Shown here in pieces: positions 7,793-24,100 of a stretch of DNA of 64,000 nucleotides. This DNA comes from an uncultured Gemmatimonadaceae bacterium. GTDB lineage: Bacteria; Gemmatimonadota; Gemmatimonadetes; Gemmatimonadales; Gemmatimonadaceae. Every line of letters starts with the position of its first letter. Positions within the stretch are counted from its first letter, which is position 1. Below the pieces are notes generated by a model that saw nothing but the letters and a program-made list of their open reading frames with translations, searched no databases and was not told where the DNA came from. The position numbers were made by a program, and so were the translations under genes. The stretch lies in assembly GCA_963781585.1 (NCBI GenBank), contig CAWAGQ010000003.1, forward strand, positions 1 to 64,000, given 5' to 3'.

Positions 7793-10700
7793 CTATTCTC
7801 CCCCCGGACCCAGCGCGAATCCGCTCTCGGCGAAACTCGACGAGAAGATCCCGGGCAGCGGTGTCTCGATCCCGGGAAGTTCCTCGGGGCGAGGAAGCTC
7901 CTCCCCCTCGATCTCCACCTCCTGGTACCGATACTGCCCGGTGCCGGCCGGAATGAGATGGCCGATGATGATGTTCTCCTTGAGTCCGAGCAGGTCGTCT
8001 TTCGCGCCACGAATGGCAGCGTCGGTCAGAACCCGCGTCGTCTCCTGGAACGACGCGGCCGAGATGAACGACTGCGTGGTCAGGCTCGCTTTCGTGATAC
8101 CCAGAAGCAGCGGCTCGGCGGTGGCCGGCTTGAGCTTCTTCTTCTTCGCCCGCTCGTTCTGTTCCCGGAAGCCCTGCCGGTCCACGTGCTCGCCTTCGAG
8201 GAAGTCGGTGTCAGCCGACTCCACCACCCGGACCTTCTGCAACATCTGCTTGACGATCACGCCGATGTGCTTGTCGTTGATCTTTACGCCCTGCAGCCGG
8301 TACACCTCCTGCACTTCGTTCAGCAGATACTCCTGCACGGCGCGCGGTCCCTTGATCCGCAGAATGTCGTGCGGATTCACGGGCCCCTCGGTGAGCCGGT
8401 CGCCTGCCCGCACCCGGTCGCCCTCGTGCACCCGGAGGTGCTTGCCCGCCGGGACCTCGTACACCTGGGCTTCCTGCGCGTCGTCCACCGCCCACTGCCC
8501 GTCCAGGGACTTGCCGGGGTGCACGAAGATCTCGCGCTTCCCGCGCTTGATGTCACCGAATCGGACGATGCCGTCGATTTCGGAGATGGTGGCCGGGTCC
8601 TTCGGCCGGCGTGCCTCGAACAGCTCGGCGACGCGCGGCAGACCGCCCGTGATGTCGCGCGTCTTGTACGCCTCGCGCGAGATCTTGGCGATGGTCTCTC
8701 CGGCATGGATCGTCTGGCCGTCATCCACCACCAGCTGGGCTCCCACCGGGATGACGAAGTCGCGCACTTTCTTCTCCTTCCCGCCCTTCGACTGCCAGAT
8801 CTCGATGTGCGGATGGAGCCGCTTTTCGCGATCCTCGGTGATCACGCGCTGGCGCAGGCCGGTCAGTTCATCCAGTTCCTCGGAAATCGTCTCGTCCTCC
8901 ACGATGTCGACGAACCGGATGGCGCCCTCCACGTCCGAGATGATCGGATTGGTATACGGGTCCCAGGTGAAGATCGCCTGATCCTTTTTGACTTCCTCGC
9001 CGTCCTTGACGAGCAGCGCCGCGCCTAACGGGACGGCCAGTCGCGCTCCCACGGTAGCGGTGTGGTCGCCCGACGAGCGGATCGTCAGCTCGCCCTCGTA
9101 CGACGTCACGATGCGATGGCCATCGGGGTTCTGCACCGTTACCAGGCGGTCACCGAACTCGATGATGCCGGGGACCTTCGTCTTGCGCACCGTCTGCTCG
9201 GCGATCCGGGCTGCCGTCCCGCCGATGTGGAAGGTACGCAGTGTGAGCTGGGTACCGGGCTCGCCGATCGACTGGGCCGCGATGATCCCCACCGCCTCGC
9301 CCAGATCAACCATGGCCATGGTCGCCAGGTTGCGTCCGTAGCACATCCGGCACAGCCCGCGCGTTGCCTCACAGGTGAGCACCGAGCGGATCCGTACCGC
9401 TTCGATCCCCGCCTCCTCGATGGCGCGCGCCATGTCCTCGTCGATCAGCTGGCCCGCCTCGGCCAGGATGAGCGCGCGACCGACCTCGTCCCGCGCATGC
9501 GGATCGATCACGTCCTCCGCCGCCACGCACCCCACGATCCGCTCCGAGAGGGGCTCGATGATATCCTCGCCCTCCTTCAGCGCCGAGATGTCCAGCCCCT
9601 GGATCGTGCCGCAATCCTCCTCGGTGATCGTGACATCCTGCGCCACGTCCACCAGTCGACGCGTGAGGTAACCGGCATCGGCGGTCTTCAAGGCGGTATC
9701 GGCCAATCCCTTGCGTGCGCCGTGTGTCGAAATGAAGTACTCCAGCACCGACAGCCCTTCCCGGAAGTTCGACTTGATCGGGCTCTCGATGATCTCGCCG
9801 ATGCCGCCGGTAAGCTTCTTCTGCGGCTTCGCCATCAGGCCGCGCATGCCGGCCAGCTGGCGGATCTGATCGCGGCTGCCGCGCGATCCGGAATCGAACA
9901 TCATGAATACCGGGTTGAAGCCCCGATTGGCCTCGCGCATCGTCTTCACCATCGCGTCGGCCACGTCCGAATTGGCGTGCGTCCAGGTGTCGATGACTTT
10001 GTTGTAGCGCTCGCCGTTCGTGATGTTGCCCGTCTGGTACGCGCGCTGGAACCGTTCCACCCGCTCCTCGGCCTCGCCCAGCAGCGTCTCCTTCTCAGGG
10101 GGGATCACCAGGTCCTCCACGCCGATCGAGATCCCGCCGCGCGTGGCGTAGAAGAACCCGAAGTCCTTGAGTCGGTCCAGGAACTCGACCGTCTTGGCCA
10201 GACCGCACTGCCGATACGTTTCGAAGACCAGCTCGCCGAGCGCCTTCTTCTTCATGTCGCGATTCTGGTACTCTATCTCCGTCGGGACGATGGCGTTGAA
10301 CAGTACGCGTCCCGCGGTGGTCACCACCCAGCGCGCGTCGCCGTTGCGGCCGATGGCATATCGTACCGGCGTGTGGTAGGTCACCCGGCCCAGGGACAGC
10401 GCCATCTCCACTTCGGAGGGCGTGGTGAACGATTTCAGCGCCGCCAGGGCCTTGGGATCCCTGGCTGTCTTGTCGAAATCGACCGGCGCCTTGGTCGCGA
10501 AGTAGCACCCCAGGACGATGTCCTGCGACGGCTCGGCGACCGGACGCCCGTCCGACGGTTTCAGAATGTTGTTGGACGAGATCATCAGCAGCCGCGACTC
10601 CAGCTGCGACTCGAACGAGAGCGGCACGTGCACCGCCATCTGGTCGCCGTCGAAGTCGGCATTGAACGCCGCACACACCAGCGGATGGATGCGGATGGCC

Positions 10701-12112
10701 TTGCCCTCGACCAGTACCGGCTCGAACGCCTGAATACCCAGCCGGTGCAGCGTGGGCGCGCGATTCAGGAGCACCGGATGGTCGCGGATGATCTCCTCGA
10801 GGATCTCGTAGACCTCGGGGGATTCGCGCTCGACGATTTTCTTGGCGCGCTTCACCGTCTCGGCGATGCCCTTTTCCACCAGCTTGTGAATGATGAACGG
10901 CTTGAACAGCTCGAGAGCCATCAGCTTGGGCAGGCCGCACTGGTGGAGCTTGAGCTCCGGGCCGACGACGATCACCGAACGCCCCGAGTAGTCCACTCGC
11001 TTGCCCAGGAGGTTCTGGCGGAAGCGCCCCTGCTTCCCCTTGAGCATGTCGGAGAGCGACTTGAGCGGGCGCTTGCCACGACCGCGAATGGCCTTGGACC
11101 GGCGGCCGTTGTCGAACAGCGCGTCGACCGCTTCCTGGAGCATCCGCTTCTCGTTGCGCAGGATGACTTCCGGCGCCCGGTGCAGGATGAGCTTCTGCAG
11201 GCGGTTGTTGCGGTTGATGACCCGCCGGTACAGATCGTTGAGATCCGACGTGGCGAACCGTCCGCCGTCGAGCGGCACAAGCGGCCGCAGATCCGGTGGG
11301 ATCACGGGAATCACGTCCAGCACCATCCACTCGGGACGGTTGCGTACGTCGCCGCTGTCGCCCGAGTTGCGGAACGCGTCGATGATCTTGAGCCGCTTGA
11401 GCATCTGCTTCTTGCGATGCTGCGACGACTCGGTCACCACGGCGGCGCGCAGTTCCTCGGACAGCCGGTCCACGTCCAGACGGCGGAGGAGGTCGCGGAC
11501 CGCGGGGGCGCCGATGTCGGCGTGGAAGACCGCGTCGCCCTCGTCCTTCGCCTTCTGCTTGAGCGCCAGGAAGTCGTCTTCGTCGAGCAACTGGTTCACC
11601 CGCACTTCCTGCTGGCCGGGCTCGATGACGACATAGTTCGAGTAGTAGATGACCTTCTCGAGATCACGCAGCGTGAGGTCGAGGAGGTTGCCCATCGGAC
11701 TCGGCAGGGTCTTGAAGAACCAGATGTGCGCCACCGGCACGGCCAGTTCGATGTGGCCCATGCGCTCGCGGCGGACCTTGGACAACGTCACCTCGACGCC
11801 GCACCGGTCGCAGATCACGCCGCGATAGCGGATCCGCTTGTACTTGCCGCAATGGCACTCCCAGTCCTTCACCGGCCCGAAGATGCGCTCGCAGAACAGC
11901 CCGTCCTTCTCGGGCTTGAACGAGCGATAGTTGATCGTCTCGGGTTTGGTGACCTCGCCCCACGACCACCACGAGCGGAGCCCCTGCATCTCGAGGCGTT
12001 CCCGCTCCTTGGCGTCCTTCGGGCCGCGGATCTCCTCGGGCGAGGCGATCCGCACCTGGATGAAATCGAACGATGACGCACGCGCTTCGCGCGCACTCCG
12101 GAAATCGATCAT
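7793..12112 (-). CDS. rpoC: RNA polymerase beta' subunit
   Basis: NADFDGD catalytic motif, zinc-binding Cys motifs, GEPGTQLT. Confidence 0.99.
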   Translation of the reverse strand: MIDFRSAREARASSFDFIQVRIASPEEIRGPKDAKERERLEMQGLRSWWSWGEVTKPETINYRSFKPEKDGLFCERIFGPVKDWECHCGKYKRIRYRGVICDRCGVEVTLSKVRRERMGHIELAVPVAHIWFFKTLPSPMGNLLDLTLRDLEKVIYYSNYVVIEPGQQEVRVNQLLDEDDFLALKQKAKDEGDAVFHADIGAPAVRDLLRRLDVDRLSEELRAAVVTESSQHRKKQMLKRLKIIDAFRNSGDSGDVRNRPEWMVLDVIPVIPPDLRPLVPLDGGRFATSDLNDLYRRVINRNNRLQKLILHRAPEVILRNEKRMLQEAVDALFDNGRRSKAIRGRGKRPLKSLSDMLKGKQGRFRQNLLGKRVDYSGRSVIVVGPELKLHQCGLPKLMALELFKPFIIHKLVEKGIAETVKRAKKIVERESPEVYEILEEIIRDHPVLLNRAPTLHRLGIQAFEPVLVEGKAIRIHPLVCAAFNADFDGDQMAVHVPLSFESQLESRLLMISSNNILKPSDGRPVAEPSQDIVLGCYFATKAPVDFDKTARDPKALAALKSFTTPSEVEMALSLGRVTYHTPVRYAIGRNGDARWVVTTAGRVLFNAIVPTEIEYQNRDMKKKALGELVFETYRQCGLAKTVEFLDRLKDFGFFYATRGGISIGVEDLVIPPEKETLLGEAEERVERFQRAYQTGNITNGERYNKVIDTWTHANSDVADAMVKTMREANRGFNPVFMMFDSGSRGSRDQIRQLAGMRGLMAKPQKKLTGGIGEIIESPIKSNFREGLSVLEYFISTHGARKGLADTALKTADAGYLTRRLVDVAQDVTITEEDCGTIQGLDISALKEGEDIIEPLSERIVGCVAAEDVIDPHARDEVGRALILAEAGQLIDEDMARAIEEAGIEAVRIRSVLTCEATRGLCRMCYGRNLATMAMVDLGEAVGIIAAQSIGEPGTQLTLRTFHIGGTAARIAEQTVRKTKVPGIIEFGDRLVTVQNPDGHRIVTSYEGELTIRSSGDHTATVGARLAVPLGAALLVKDGEEVKKDQAIFTWDPYTNPIISDVEGAIRFVDIVEDETISEELDELTGLRQRVITEDREKRLHPHIEIWQSKGGKEKKVRDFVIPVGAQLVVDDGQTIHAGETIAKISREAYKTRDITGGLPRVAELFEARRPKDPATISEIDGIVRFGDIKRGKREIFVHPGKSLDGQWAVDDAQEAQVYEVPAGKHLRVHEGDRVRAGDRLTEGPVNPHDILRIKGPRAVQEYLLNEVQEVYRLQGVKINDKHIGVIVKQMLQKVRVVESADTDFLEGEHVDRQGFREQNERAKKKKLKPATAEPLLLGITKASLTTQSFISAASFQETTRVLTDAAIRGAKDDLLGLKENIIIGHLIPAGTGQYRYQEVEIEGEELPRPEELPGIETPLPGIFSSSFAESGFALGPGGE

Positions 12113-12115
12113 CGG

Positions 12116-16816
<4,701 letters not shown>

Positions 16817-17019
16817 GTCTCACCTTGAGTAAGGTGAAGCACCGATCCCCCGACGCGCCGATGATGGGCGCCCCCGGGGAGCGGTGTGTCGATGAACTGC
16901 GGTTGTCGAGCGATGGGCTCTGGTCACGTTCGCGATGGGGCTGAGTGTGACGGCAGTCGAGTGGCAGCGGACGCGGCGGCAGGTCCTGACCACCGCAGCC
17001 CGTGGCCGGTCGGCTGCGG

Positions 17020-17412
17020 TCACTTCAGCTCGACCACCGCGCCGGCTGCTTCGAGCTTCCCCTTGACTTGAGTTGCCTCGTCCTTCGTCACGCCGGTCCG
17101 TACTTCCTTGGGCGCGCCATCCACCAGGTCCTTTGCTTCCTTGAGTCCCAGGCCGGTCAGCTCGCGCACGACCTTGATGACCTGGATCTTCTGGGCCCCC
17201 GCTTCCTTGAGTACGACCGCGAATTCGGTCTGTTCCTCAACCGCCGGAGCCGCCGCCGCTCCACCCGCCGGCGCGGCCGCGGCCACCGGAGCGGCCGCGA
17301 TGGTGACGTTGAACTTCGTCTTGAACGCCTCGATCAACTCGGCGAGCTCGAACACCGACATGTTGCCGATGGCATCGAGGATCTCGTCCTTGCTCAGCGT
17401 CGCATTCGCCAT
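17020..17412 (-). CDS. rplL: 50S ribosomal protein L7/L12
   Basis: EEQTEF...[27 protein letters not shown] at 17412. Confidence 0.98.
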   Translation of the reverse strand: MANATLSKDEILDAIGNMSVFELAELIEAFKTKFNVTIAAAPVAAAAPAGGAAAAPAVEEQTEFAVVLKEAGAQKIQVIKVVRELTGLGLKEAKDLVDGAPKEVRTGVTKDEATQVKGKLEAAGAVVELK

Positions 17413-17529
17413 TGTCTGTCTCCCTGTCGCTTCCCAGGCCATTCTGGATGTGGTGTAACCGGAATCGAGTCACCTGCAGGAGCACTGGCAGACGCGGGGT
17501 CTGCGCGGTGTTCCGATGTACCCTTCGTC

Positions 17530-18057
17530 CTACGCCCCTCCCCCTCCCCCCTCGCGCTGCACGCGCAACGCTTCCACGGCACCGGCGAACATGGTCAGCA
17601 ACCCGTTCAGCGCGCCGACGAACGACGAGAGCGGGGACTGCAGACCCGCACCAAGGTCGGCGAGCATCTGATCGCGCGTCGGCATCGACGCGAGTTTCCT
17701 GACCTGGACTTCGCTGATCGCCTGCCCGTCGAACAATCCGCCCTTGACCACGGGTCGCTGCTCGTTTTCCCGCGCGAAGTCTGACAGGACCTTCGCCGCA
17801 GCCACCGCGTCCCGGGTCAGCACCACGCCGGTCGGTCCGCGGAGCGGCGTGGTGGTGAGGCCGCTCTCGTTGACCGCGCGGAGCGCAAGCGTGTTCTTGA
17901 TGACCACGTATTCCACGCCCGCTCGACGGAAGCGCCGGCGCAGGTCGGTCATCCGTTTCACGTTGAGTCCCGTGAAGTCGGTGAAGTACAGTGCCTGCAT
18001 ACCGGTGATTCTGGTGCGCAGATCGCTGACGAGTTGTTCCTTCTCCTCGCGCTTCAT
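17530..18057 (-). CDS. rplJ: 50S ribosomal protein L10
   Basis: DFTGLNV...VIKNTL; position between rplA and rplL. Confidence 0.97.
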   Translation of the reverse strand: MKREEKEQLVSDLRTRITGMQALYFTDFTGLNVKRMTDLRRRFRRAGVEYVVIKNTLALRAVNESGLTTTPLRGPTGVVLTRDAVAAAKVLSDFARENEQRPVVKGGLFDGQAISEVQVRKLASMPTRDQMLADLGAGLQSPLSSFVGALNGLLTMFAGAVEALRVQREGGGGGA

Positions 18058-18067
18058 CCCCCCTCCG

Positions 18068-18757
18068 TTACCGGTATGGCGTCAGGTCGACGCGGATGCC
18101 CGGCCCCATGGTGCTGGAGACGGAAAGGTTTCTGACATACACGCCCTTGGCCGCCGCCGGCTTCGCGCGCACGATCTGATCCATGAACGCGGTGAAGTTC
18201 TGCTCCAGCGCATCCACCGCGAACGAGACTTTACCGATCGCGGCCTGGACGTTCCCGGCCTTGTCGACGCGGAATTCGATCTTGCCCGCCTTCGACTCGC
18301 GGACGGCGCGCGCCACATCCATGGTGACGGTGCCGGCCTTCGGGTTCGGCATCAGGCCGCGCGGACCGAGCACCCGGCCGAGCTGGCCGATCTGTCCCAT
18401 CTGATCGGGGGTGGCAATCATCACGTCGAAGTCGAGCCATCCCTCCTTGATCCTGGCGACGTACTCGTTGCCGACGTAGTCCGCGCCGGCTTCCTCGGCT
18501 TCGCGTGCCTTCTCGCCGACGGCGATCACCAGCACCCGCACCGCCTTGCCACTGCCGGCCGGGAGCACCACCGTGCCGCGCACCACCTGATCGGCGTGCC
18601 GCGGATCGACGCCCAGCCGCACCGCGACTTCGACCGTCTCGTCGAATTTGGCGAATGCGGTCTGCTTGATGAGCTCAAGGGCCTGCCGCGGCGGATGTGC
18701 AGCCGCCTCGTCGCGGCGGGAGGCCGCCTGGTTGTACCGCTTGCCGTGTTTCCGCAT
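18068..18757 (-). CDS. rplA: 50S ribosomal protein L1
   Basis: KFDETVE...[16 protein letters not shown]...STMGPG; true start MRKHGK at 18757. Confidence 0.98.
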   Translation of the reverse strand: MRKHGKRYNQAASRRDEAAAHPPRQALELIKQTAFAKFDETVEVAVRLGVDPRHADQVVRGTVVLPAGSGKAVRVLVIAVGEKAREAEEAGADYVGNEYVARIKEGWLDFDVMIATPDQMGQIGQLGRVLGPRGLMPNPKAGTVTMDVARAVRESKAGKIEFRVDKAGNVQAAIGKVSFAVDALEQNFTAFMDQIVRAKPAAAKGVYVRNLSVSSTMGPGIRVDLTPYR

Positions 18758-19182
18758 CAGTCCCGTACCTCGACGCCCATCGAGCGCGCGGCTCCCGCCA
18801 CCATCGCCATCGCCGACTCGATGGAATCGCAATTGAGGTCCGGCATTTTCACTTCGGCGATCTTGCGCACCTGGGCGCTGGTGAGCGTGCCCACCTTGTC
18901 GCGATTCGGCTGCGCCGATCCTTTCTCGAGGCCGAGTTCCTTCTTGATCAGCACCGCGGCCGGTGGCGTCTTGAGGATGAACGTGAATGACTTGTCGGCG
19001 AAGATCGTGATCTCGACCGGGAGGATGAGACCATCCTGGCTCGCCGTGCGGGAGTTGAACTCCTTGCAGAAGGCCATGATGTTGATCCCCTGCGGCCCCA
19101 ATGCCGTGCCCACGGGGGGCGCCGGATTCGCGCGACCCGCCGGAATCTGGAGCTTGACAAACCCTATGACCTTTTTCGCCAT
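18757..19182 (-). CDS. rplK: 50S ribosomal protein L11
   Basis: [20 protein letters not shown]. Confidence 0.99.
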   Translation of the reverse strand: MAKKVIGFVKLQIPAGRANPAPPVGTALGPQGINIMAFCKEFNSRTASQDGLILPVEITIFADKSFTFILKTPPAAVLIKKELGLEKGSAQPNRDKVGTLTSAQVRKIAEVKMPDLNCDSIESAMAMVAGAARSMGVEVRD

Positions 19183-19575
19183 GTTTTCGCCTCAGCGTGC
19201 CATGCGGGCGATCTGCGAGGAGCAGTGCGGTGCCGCGACCCCAACGGGAACGCGACGACAAGCCGCGGGCACCTGCGGCGCCGCCAGATGGCGCCCCGGT
19301 TCCACGTAGCCTGCCTGACGTCCCGCGGCGTCGCGGCGCGGACTGCGTCCGGCCGTCACCCGCGTTCAGACTCCCACGGTCTGTTTCACGTCGTCGTGGT
19401 ATCCGACGGTGCGCTCCTCGCCGCTGAGCGGCTGCCCCGCGCAAGGGCCGGTACGGTGGCCGAGCAGGTGGCCTTCGCATCCCGTTCGACGCGTCCCGGC
19501 CCGCTCCAGCTCGACTTCGTCCATGTCATGCCCACCTGCCTAACGTGAATCCAGTTCGTTGTCCCCGACGCGACG

Positions 19576-20118
19576 TCAATATCCCTTCAGCTGCAGATAG
19601 TCCAGTTCGACACTGGTAGGGCGCCCGAACAGGCTCACGCTCACCCGGACCTTCCCCTTGTCGGGCATCACCTCTTCCACGGTCCCGTTGAAATCGGTGA
19701 ACGGACCCTCGGTAATGGTGACGGCCTGACCCACCAGAAACGGTATCTCTTCGGTCGGCTCCTCGGGCTCCACCTCGTCGGCGATGCCGAGGAGTCGGTT
19801 GACCTCGTCCGCCCGAAGCGGCATGGGATCGCGCCCCTGCCCGACAAACTTGATGACCCCCTGAATGCTGTTGATGACGTGCGACGATTCCTGCGTCCAC
19901 GCCATGTCCACCAGCACGTAGCCGGGATACAGTTTGCGCTCGACCGTCACCTTCTTGCCGTTCTTCACTTCCACCACTTCCTGCGTGGGCACCAGCGCCT
20001 GACGAATAAGCCGCTCCTCCGGTGCGTGCCCGTCCTGCTCGATGCGCCGCTGGATCAGCGATCGCACCTTGTTCTCATGTCCGGCCGTGGTCTGAATCGC
20101 ATACCAGCGGTGCTCCAC
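19576..20118 (-). CDS. nusG: Transcription termination/antitermination factor NusG
   Basis: WYAIQT..G.E, YPGYVLV, KOW motif [11 protein letters not shown]. Confidence 0.98.
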   Translation of the reverse strand: MEHRWYAIQTTAGHENKVRSLIQRRIEQDGHAPEERLIRQALVPTQEVVEVKNGKKVTVERKLYPGYVLVDMAWTQESSHVINSIQGVIKFVGQGRDPMPLRADEVNRLLGIADEVEPEEPTEEIPFLVGQAVTITEGPFTDFNGTVEEVMPDKGKVRVSVSLFGRPTSVELDYLQLKGY

Positions 20119-20122
20119 GCGG

Positions 20123-20350
20123 TCAGCCCCCGAACAGCGAGGGGATCCACCGCACCAGCACCGTCTGGAAGACGACGTCCATCAGTGCGATCACGCCGCC
20201 GATGAACAATGAGAGCGCGATCACGCCGACCGACAACTGCCGGACCTGCGGCCAGTCCGGCCAGGTCACTTTCTTCATCTCCGCGACCACGTCGTGGTAG
20301 AACGTGATCAGCCGGGTCAACCAGTTCGCGCGCATCGCGTCCGCCGTCAC
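20123..20350 (-). CDS. secE: Preprotein translocase SecE
   Basis: EMKKVTWP plus one TM segment; GTG start at 20350 inferred. Confidence 0.93.
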   Translation of the reverse strand: MTADAMRANWLTRLITFYHDVVAEMKKVTWPDWPQVRQLSVGVIALSLFIGGVIALMDVVFQTVLVRWIPSLFGG

Positions 20351-20352
20351 GG

Positions 20353-20505
20353 CTACTTCGTCTCCTTGTGCACCTGATGCTTGTTGCAGCGCGGGCAGTA
20401 CTTCTTCCACTCGGCGCGCTCGGGATGGGTGCGACGGTTCTTGGTGGTGAAGTAGTTCCGGTTCTTACACTCGCTGCAAGCGAGGATGATCTTGTCTCGT
20501 GGCAT
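20353..20505 (-). CDS. rpmG: 50S ribosomal protein L33 (Zn-binding C+ form)
   Basis: Manual translation [50 protein letters not shown]. Confidence 0.97.
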   Translation of the reverse strand: MPRDKIILACSECKNRNYFTTKNRRTHPERAEWKKYCPRCNKHQVHKETK

Positions 20506-20586
20506 GCCCGGTTTCCTGTTTCAACACCGCCCGGCGGCCGTTGCCCCCTGCCGCCCCACCGCCTCATCGTCCACCATCACCCCTCA

Positions 20587-20659
20587 AGCTCGCGATCGGG
20601 ATTGAACCGATGACCTCACCCTTACCAAGGGTGTGCTCTACCAACTGAGCTACGCGAGC
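20587..20659 (-). tRNA. tRNA-Thr(GGT)
   Basis: GCTCGCGTAGCTCAGTTGGTAGAGCACACCCTTGGTAAGGGTG...GGTTCAATCCC; CCA not encoded. Confidence 0.96.
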
Positions 20660-20781
20660 ACTTCCCGTTCCGAGTGTGCCGCCTTCGGAAACCCGCGTCC
20701 AGCGCACCGCCGCGACCCTAACGAGAACCCGCATCTCACCACCTGCCGTCGTCCCCCCGGCGTCCGATCTCCATACCAGAA

Positions 20782-20854
20782 AGCGGGAGACGGGGCTCGA
20801 ACCCGCGACATCGAGCTTGGAAGGCTCGCGCTCTACCAACTGAGCTACTCCCGC
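20782..20854 (-). tRNA. tRNA-Gly(TCC)
   Basis: GCGGGAGTAGCTCAG...CCTTCCAAG...GGTTCGAGCCCCGTCTCCCGCT. Confidence 0.96.
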
Positions 20855-20921
20855 GACTCCGGTGACCGTCGGTCCGACCGGGCTCCACCGCTGCCTGACG
20901 AGGGAGAAAGCCCGCCCCGAA

Positions 20922-21005
20922 TGGTGGGGGAAGGATTCGAACCTTCGAAGGCGTGAAGCCGGCAGATTTACAGTCTGCTCCCGTTGGCCGCTTGGGTACC
21001 CCACC
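20922..21005 (-). tRNA. tRNA-Tyr(GTA)
   Basis: GGTGGGGTACCCAAGCGGCC...GACTGTAAATC, long variable arm, GGTTCGAATCC. Confidence 0.96.
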
Positions 21006-21058
21006 GCACTGCGCGCAACCCGCTCGGCTTGCGGCCCCGCCGACGCGCCGCCCCACAG

Positions 21059-21131
21059 AGCTGACGGCGAGAGTCGAACTCGCAACCGCCTGATTACAAA
21101 TCAGGTGCTCTGCCAGTTGAGCTACGTCAGC
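21059..21131 (-). tRNA. tRNA-Thr(TGT)
   Basis: GCTGACGTAGCTCAACTGGCAGAGCACCTGATTTGTAATCAGG...AGTTCGACTCT. Confidence 0.95.
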
Positions 21132-21157
21132 AGCCAGCCCTGCTGCGCGAGCCAAGT

Positions 21158-21186
21158 AGGATAGCCGGATTGCCAAATCGTGTCAA
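21158..21186 (-). promoter_or_regulatory. Sigma70 promoter of the tRNA cluster
   Basis: TTGACA-N17-TATCCT, 27 nt upstream of tRNA-Thr(TGT). Confidence 0.75.
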
Positions 21187-21326
21187 GCGATTGCGACGTC
21201 GGAGGATAGAGAGAACACACCGTCCACACCCGGAACCCCACTTCACCGCTCCCAAACGACTCCGGTCGCCGGCTCCGCGTCGCCCCACGCCGCGTGCCCC
21301 AGGACCTCTGAACTCAACCCCGTCCC

Positions 21327-22799
21327 TCAGGCGTAGCGCTCAAGAACGGCCCCGGCAGGTGTGTCCTTCACCAGAAAGCCCCGACCCTCCACCTCCGCCC
21401 GGATCGCGTCCGAAGTCGCGAAGTCGCGCTCCCGCCGAGCCCGCGCCCGCTCCCGCAATCGACTCACGGCCCACAACACTGCGTCCTTTTCGACCTCGCT
21501 CAGGATCCCCGGGTCCGATGGATCGGGCACTACGCCAGTCGCTCCCACGGTGAACCGAACGGCCCGAGGCTCGATGTCCAGAACGCCATTCATTATAGAG
21601 AACGCCTCCCGGGCCCTGGCCAGCGCCCCCCCGTCTTCACCGGAACGGTCCAGCTCGGCATTCGCCTGTTGCACGAAGGAGAAGAAAACGGCCATCGCCT
21701 CCGGGGCATTCAGGTCGTCGAATAGCGCCGCCTGGAACCGGGGCACGGCGTCATCCGCCGCCTTCCCGAGCGCCGACGTCGCGCCCTGGACCGTTCCGAG
21801 TCGATACGCGAGTTCGCCGATTCGCGTCACCGCCTCCATCGACGCTTCCAGCCCCGCGGCCGACAGGTTGATCTGCTTCCGATAGTGCGTGGAGAAGATG
21901 AAATGGCGGATTGCGGCTGCCGACACCCCCTGCTCGCGCAGGTCCTTCACCGTCGAGACGTTGCCGATACGCTTGGCCATCTTCGACCCGTCCACCAGCA
22001 GGAACTCGCCGTGGCACCAGAACCGGGAAAACGGCTGCCCGGTAGCGCCTTCCGACTGCGCGATCTCGTCCTCGTGATGCGGGAAAATCAGATCGACGCC
22101 TCCGCAGTGAATGTCGAGCGTGCTGCCGAGGTACTTCATGGCCATCGCCGAGCACTCCAGGTGCCACCCCGGGCGCCCGCGCCCGAACGGGGCATCCCAC
22201 GCCGCTCCGGTCGCCTCATCCTCTTCCTTTGCCGCTTTCCAGAGCGCGAAATCCTGGGCGTTCTCCTTCGAGTAGTCGTCCTGCGCCACTCGAGCTCCCG
22301 AACGGATTTCGCGCGTGTCGAGCCGGGAGAGGCGCCCGTACCCGGGAAACCGATCGATCGCGAAATACACGGACTTGTCATCGGCCACGTAGGCGATCCC
22401 GCGCTCCAGAAGCTGCTGCACCAGCGCAATCATCTCCGGGATGTGCTCGGTGGCCTTGGGGTAGACCTCGGCCGCTTCGATGCGCAGGTACTCGCGATCC
22501 TGATGGAAGATGCCGACGATCGGCTCCGTGACCTCCGTGATTCGTATGTGCTCGGCGTGCGCACGCTTGATGATCTTGTCGTCGACGTCCGTGAGGTTCA
22601 TGACCTGGAGCACCCGCCAGCCGCGGAGACGCAGCGTCCGTCGCAACAGGTCCTCGAACAGGAACGTGCGGAAGTTGCCGACGTGCGCCGGATTGTAGAC
22701 GGTGGGGCCGCAGGTGTAGATGCGCACGGTGGAGCCGTCCGCGGGCGCGAAGGGCTCGATACGTCGCGAGAGCGTGTTGTAGAGGAGGAACTCGGTCAT
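21327..22799 (-). CDS. cysS: Cysteine--tRNA ligase
   Basis: YTCGPTVY..HVGN, GRPGWHLECSAM, DLIFPHHEDE, KMAK. Confidence 0.98.
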   Translation of the reverse strand: MTEFLLYNTLSRRIEPFAPADGSTVRIYTCGPTVYNPAHVGNFRTFLFEDLLRRTLRLRGWRVLQVMNLTDVDDKIIKRAHAEHIRITEVTEPIVGIFHQDREYLRIEAAEVYPKATEHIPEMIALVQQLLERGIAYVADDKSVYFAIDRFPGYGRLSRLDTREIRSGARVAQDDYSKENAQDFALWKAAKEEDEATGAAWDAPFGRGRPGWHLECSAMAMKYLGSTLDIHCGGVDLIFPHHEDEIAQSEGATGQPFSRFWCHGEFLLVDGSKMAKRIGNVSTVKDLREQGVSAAAIRHFIFSTHYRKQINLSAAGLEASMEAVTRIGELAYRLGTVQGATSALGKAADDAVPRFQAALFDDLNAPEAMAVFFSFVQQANAELDRSGEDGGALARAREAFSIMNGVLDIEPRAVRFTVGATGVVPDPSDPGILSEVEKDAVLWAVSRLRERARARRERDFATSDAIRAEVEGRGFLVKDTPAGAVLERYA

Positions 22800-22915
22800 C
22801 CGGGGACGCGTTGCGCAAACGTCAGTGGGTCAGGCGGCAAGCTAGAGCGGGTGGGTGACACGATCAACCGAGCGAGTGCCGGAGAGCGCGGGCCCTCGAG
22901 TGGTACGACCGCGGG

Positions 22916-24100
22916 CTACGCAACCCGGTGGGCGGCCTCGCCGAACACGTCGACCGGCTCCCTGGGCGCGATGACGTTGCCGTCCGGCGCCGGGACCCGC
23001 ACCACCAGGACGCGGTCGCGCGGCACGCGCTGGAAGCGCTGCCCCTCGTACACCCGGTGAATCAGGATCCGACGGATCATCACCATCACGATCGCCACCA
23101 GCGGCACCGAGACGATCACGGCGCCGATACCCAGAAGTCGTCCGACGATGAGCACGGAGAGCATGCCCAGCACGGGAGGGACTTCGACACGCTTGGCGGT
23201 GATCAGCGGAACGACCACGTTGCCCTCGACGATGTGCACGAACACCCCGAGTCCGAGTACCAGGAAGAAGTGCGTGCCCGGGCCGAGCCCATGAAAGCCG
23301 CTCCCGCCGAGGACGAACAGGGCGGGGAGGAGGGTGCCGATGAGCGTGCCGAAGAACGGGATGATCACGATCACGCCGGTGAAGAGGCCGAAGGTGAGCC
23401 AGTAGGGCACGCTCAACGCGTACAGCCCGATGGCGGTCAGCGTCCCGAGGATCGTCATGGCCAGCGCCTGCGCGGCGATCCAGGCCCGAAGCGTGGAGGC
23501 CATGTCCTGTACGACGTCGCGCACTACGTCCCGGTGCACCGGCGGGAAGAGTGCGATGAGCCACTCGCGGTACAGTCCCGGATAGAGCGCCAGGTAGATC
23601 CCCATGACCAGGACGGAGACGATGTTCACCATTGTGTGGCCGATGTTGAGTACGGTCGGGAACAGTCCGGCCACGGCCCCCTGCAGCTGCTTGACCAGCC
23701 CCGTGACTATTTCGCCCTCGGGTCGGGTCATCGTACCCAACGCCGGATACCGCTCGAACAGGTGTCCGAGCGTCTCCTGCCAGGCTCTGATGTAATCGGG
23801 CAGCACGCCCATCAGCTGGCGGGTCTGCTGCACCACCGGCGGCACGAGCAGGGCGCCAAGCCCGGTCACCGCACCCAGCGTGAGGAGCACGGTGGCGGTG
23901 AAGGCGAGCCGGCGGGGCATCTTCAGCCGTTCGACCAGCGCCTCGGTGACCGACCCGAGGTACAGCCCGACCAGCACGGCGATGAACAGCAGCAGCAGGA
24001 TGTCCGCGATCTTCCAGAACAGGTAGACCAGCAGGACAGTCGTGATGGTCGCCGCCAGCAGCGGCGCGACCCGGTACCGCTGTTCAGCCGTGTCGGTCAA
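22916..24100 (-). CDS. AI-2E family transporter
   Basis: Multi-TM protein with IPFFG and EGNVVVP patterns. Confidence 0.85.
   Translation of the reverse strand: MTDTAEQRYRVAPLLAATITTVLLVYLFWKIADILLLLFIAVLVGLYLGSVTEALVERLKMPRRLAFTATVLLTLGAVTGLGALLVPPVVQQTRQLMGVLPDYIRAWQETLGHLFERYPALGTMTRPEGEIVTGLVKQLQGAVAGLFPTVLNIGHTMVNIVSVLVMGIYLALYPGLYREWLIALFPPVHRDVVRDVVQDMASTLRAWIAAQALAMTILGTLTAIGLYALSVPYWLTFGLFTGVIVIIPFFGTLIGTLLPALFVLGGSGFHGLGPGTHFFLVLGLGVFVHIVEGNVVVPLITAKRVEVPPVLGMLSVLIVGRLLGIGAVIVSVPLVAIVMVMIRRILIHRVYEGQRFQRVPRDRVLVVRVPAPDGNVIAPREPVDVFGEAAHRVA

Noticed and set aside
9062..12076. Long plus-strand ORFs (1004 aa here; also 12464-14182, 58689-61217) and minus-strand 53346-55454
   Set aside because: Antisense shadows of rpoC, rpoB, sbcC and the acyl-CoA ligase, caused by high-GC codon bias; no recognisable motifs.
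18758..19480. 470-aa ORF suggesting an N-terminally extended L1 or an L11-L1 fusion
   Set aside because: The extension is an off-frame overlap of rplK; the real rplA start is the ATG at 18757.
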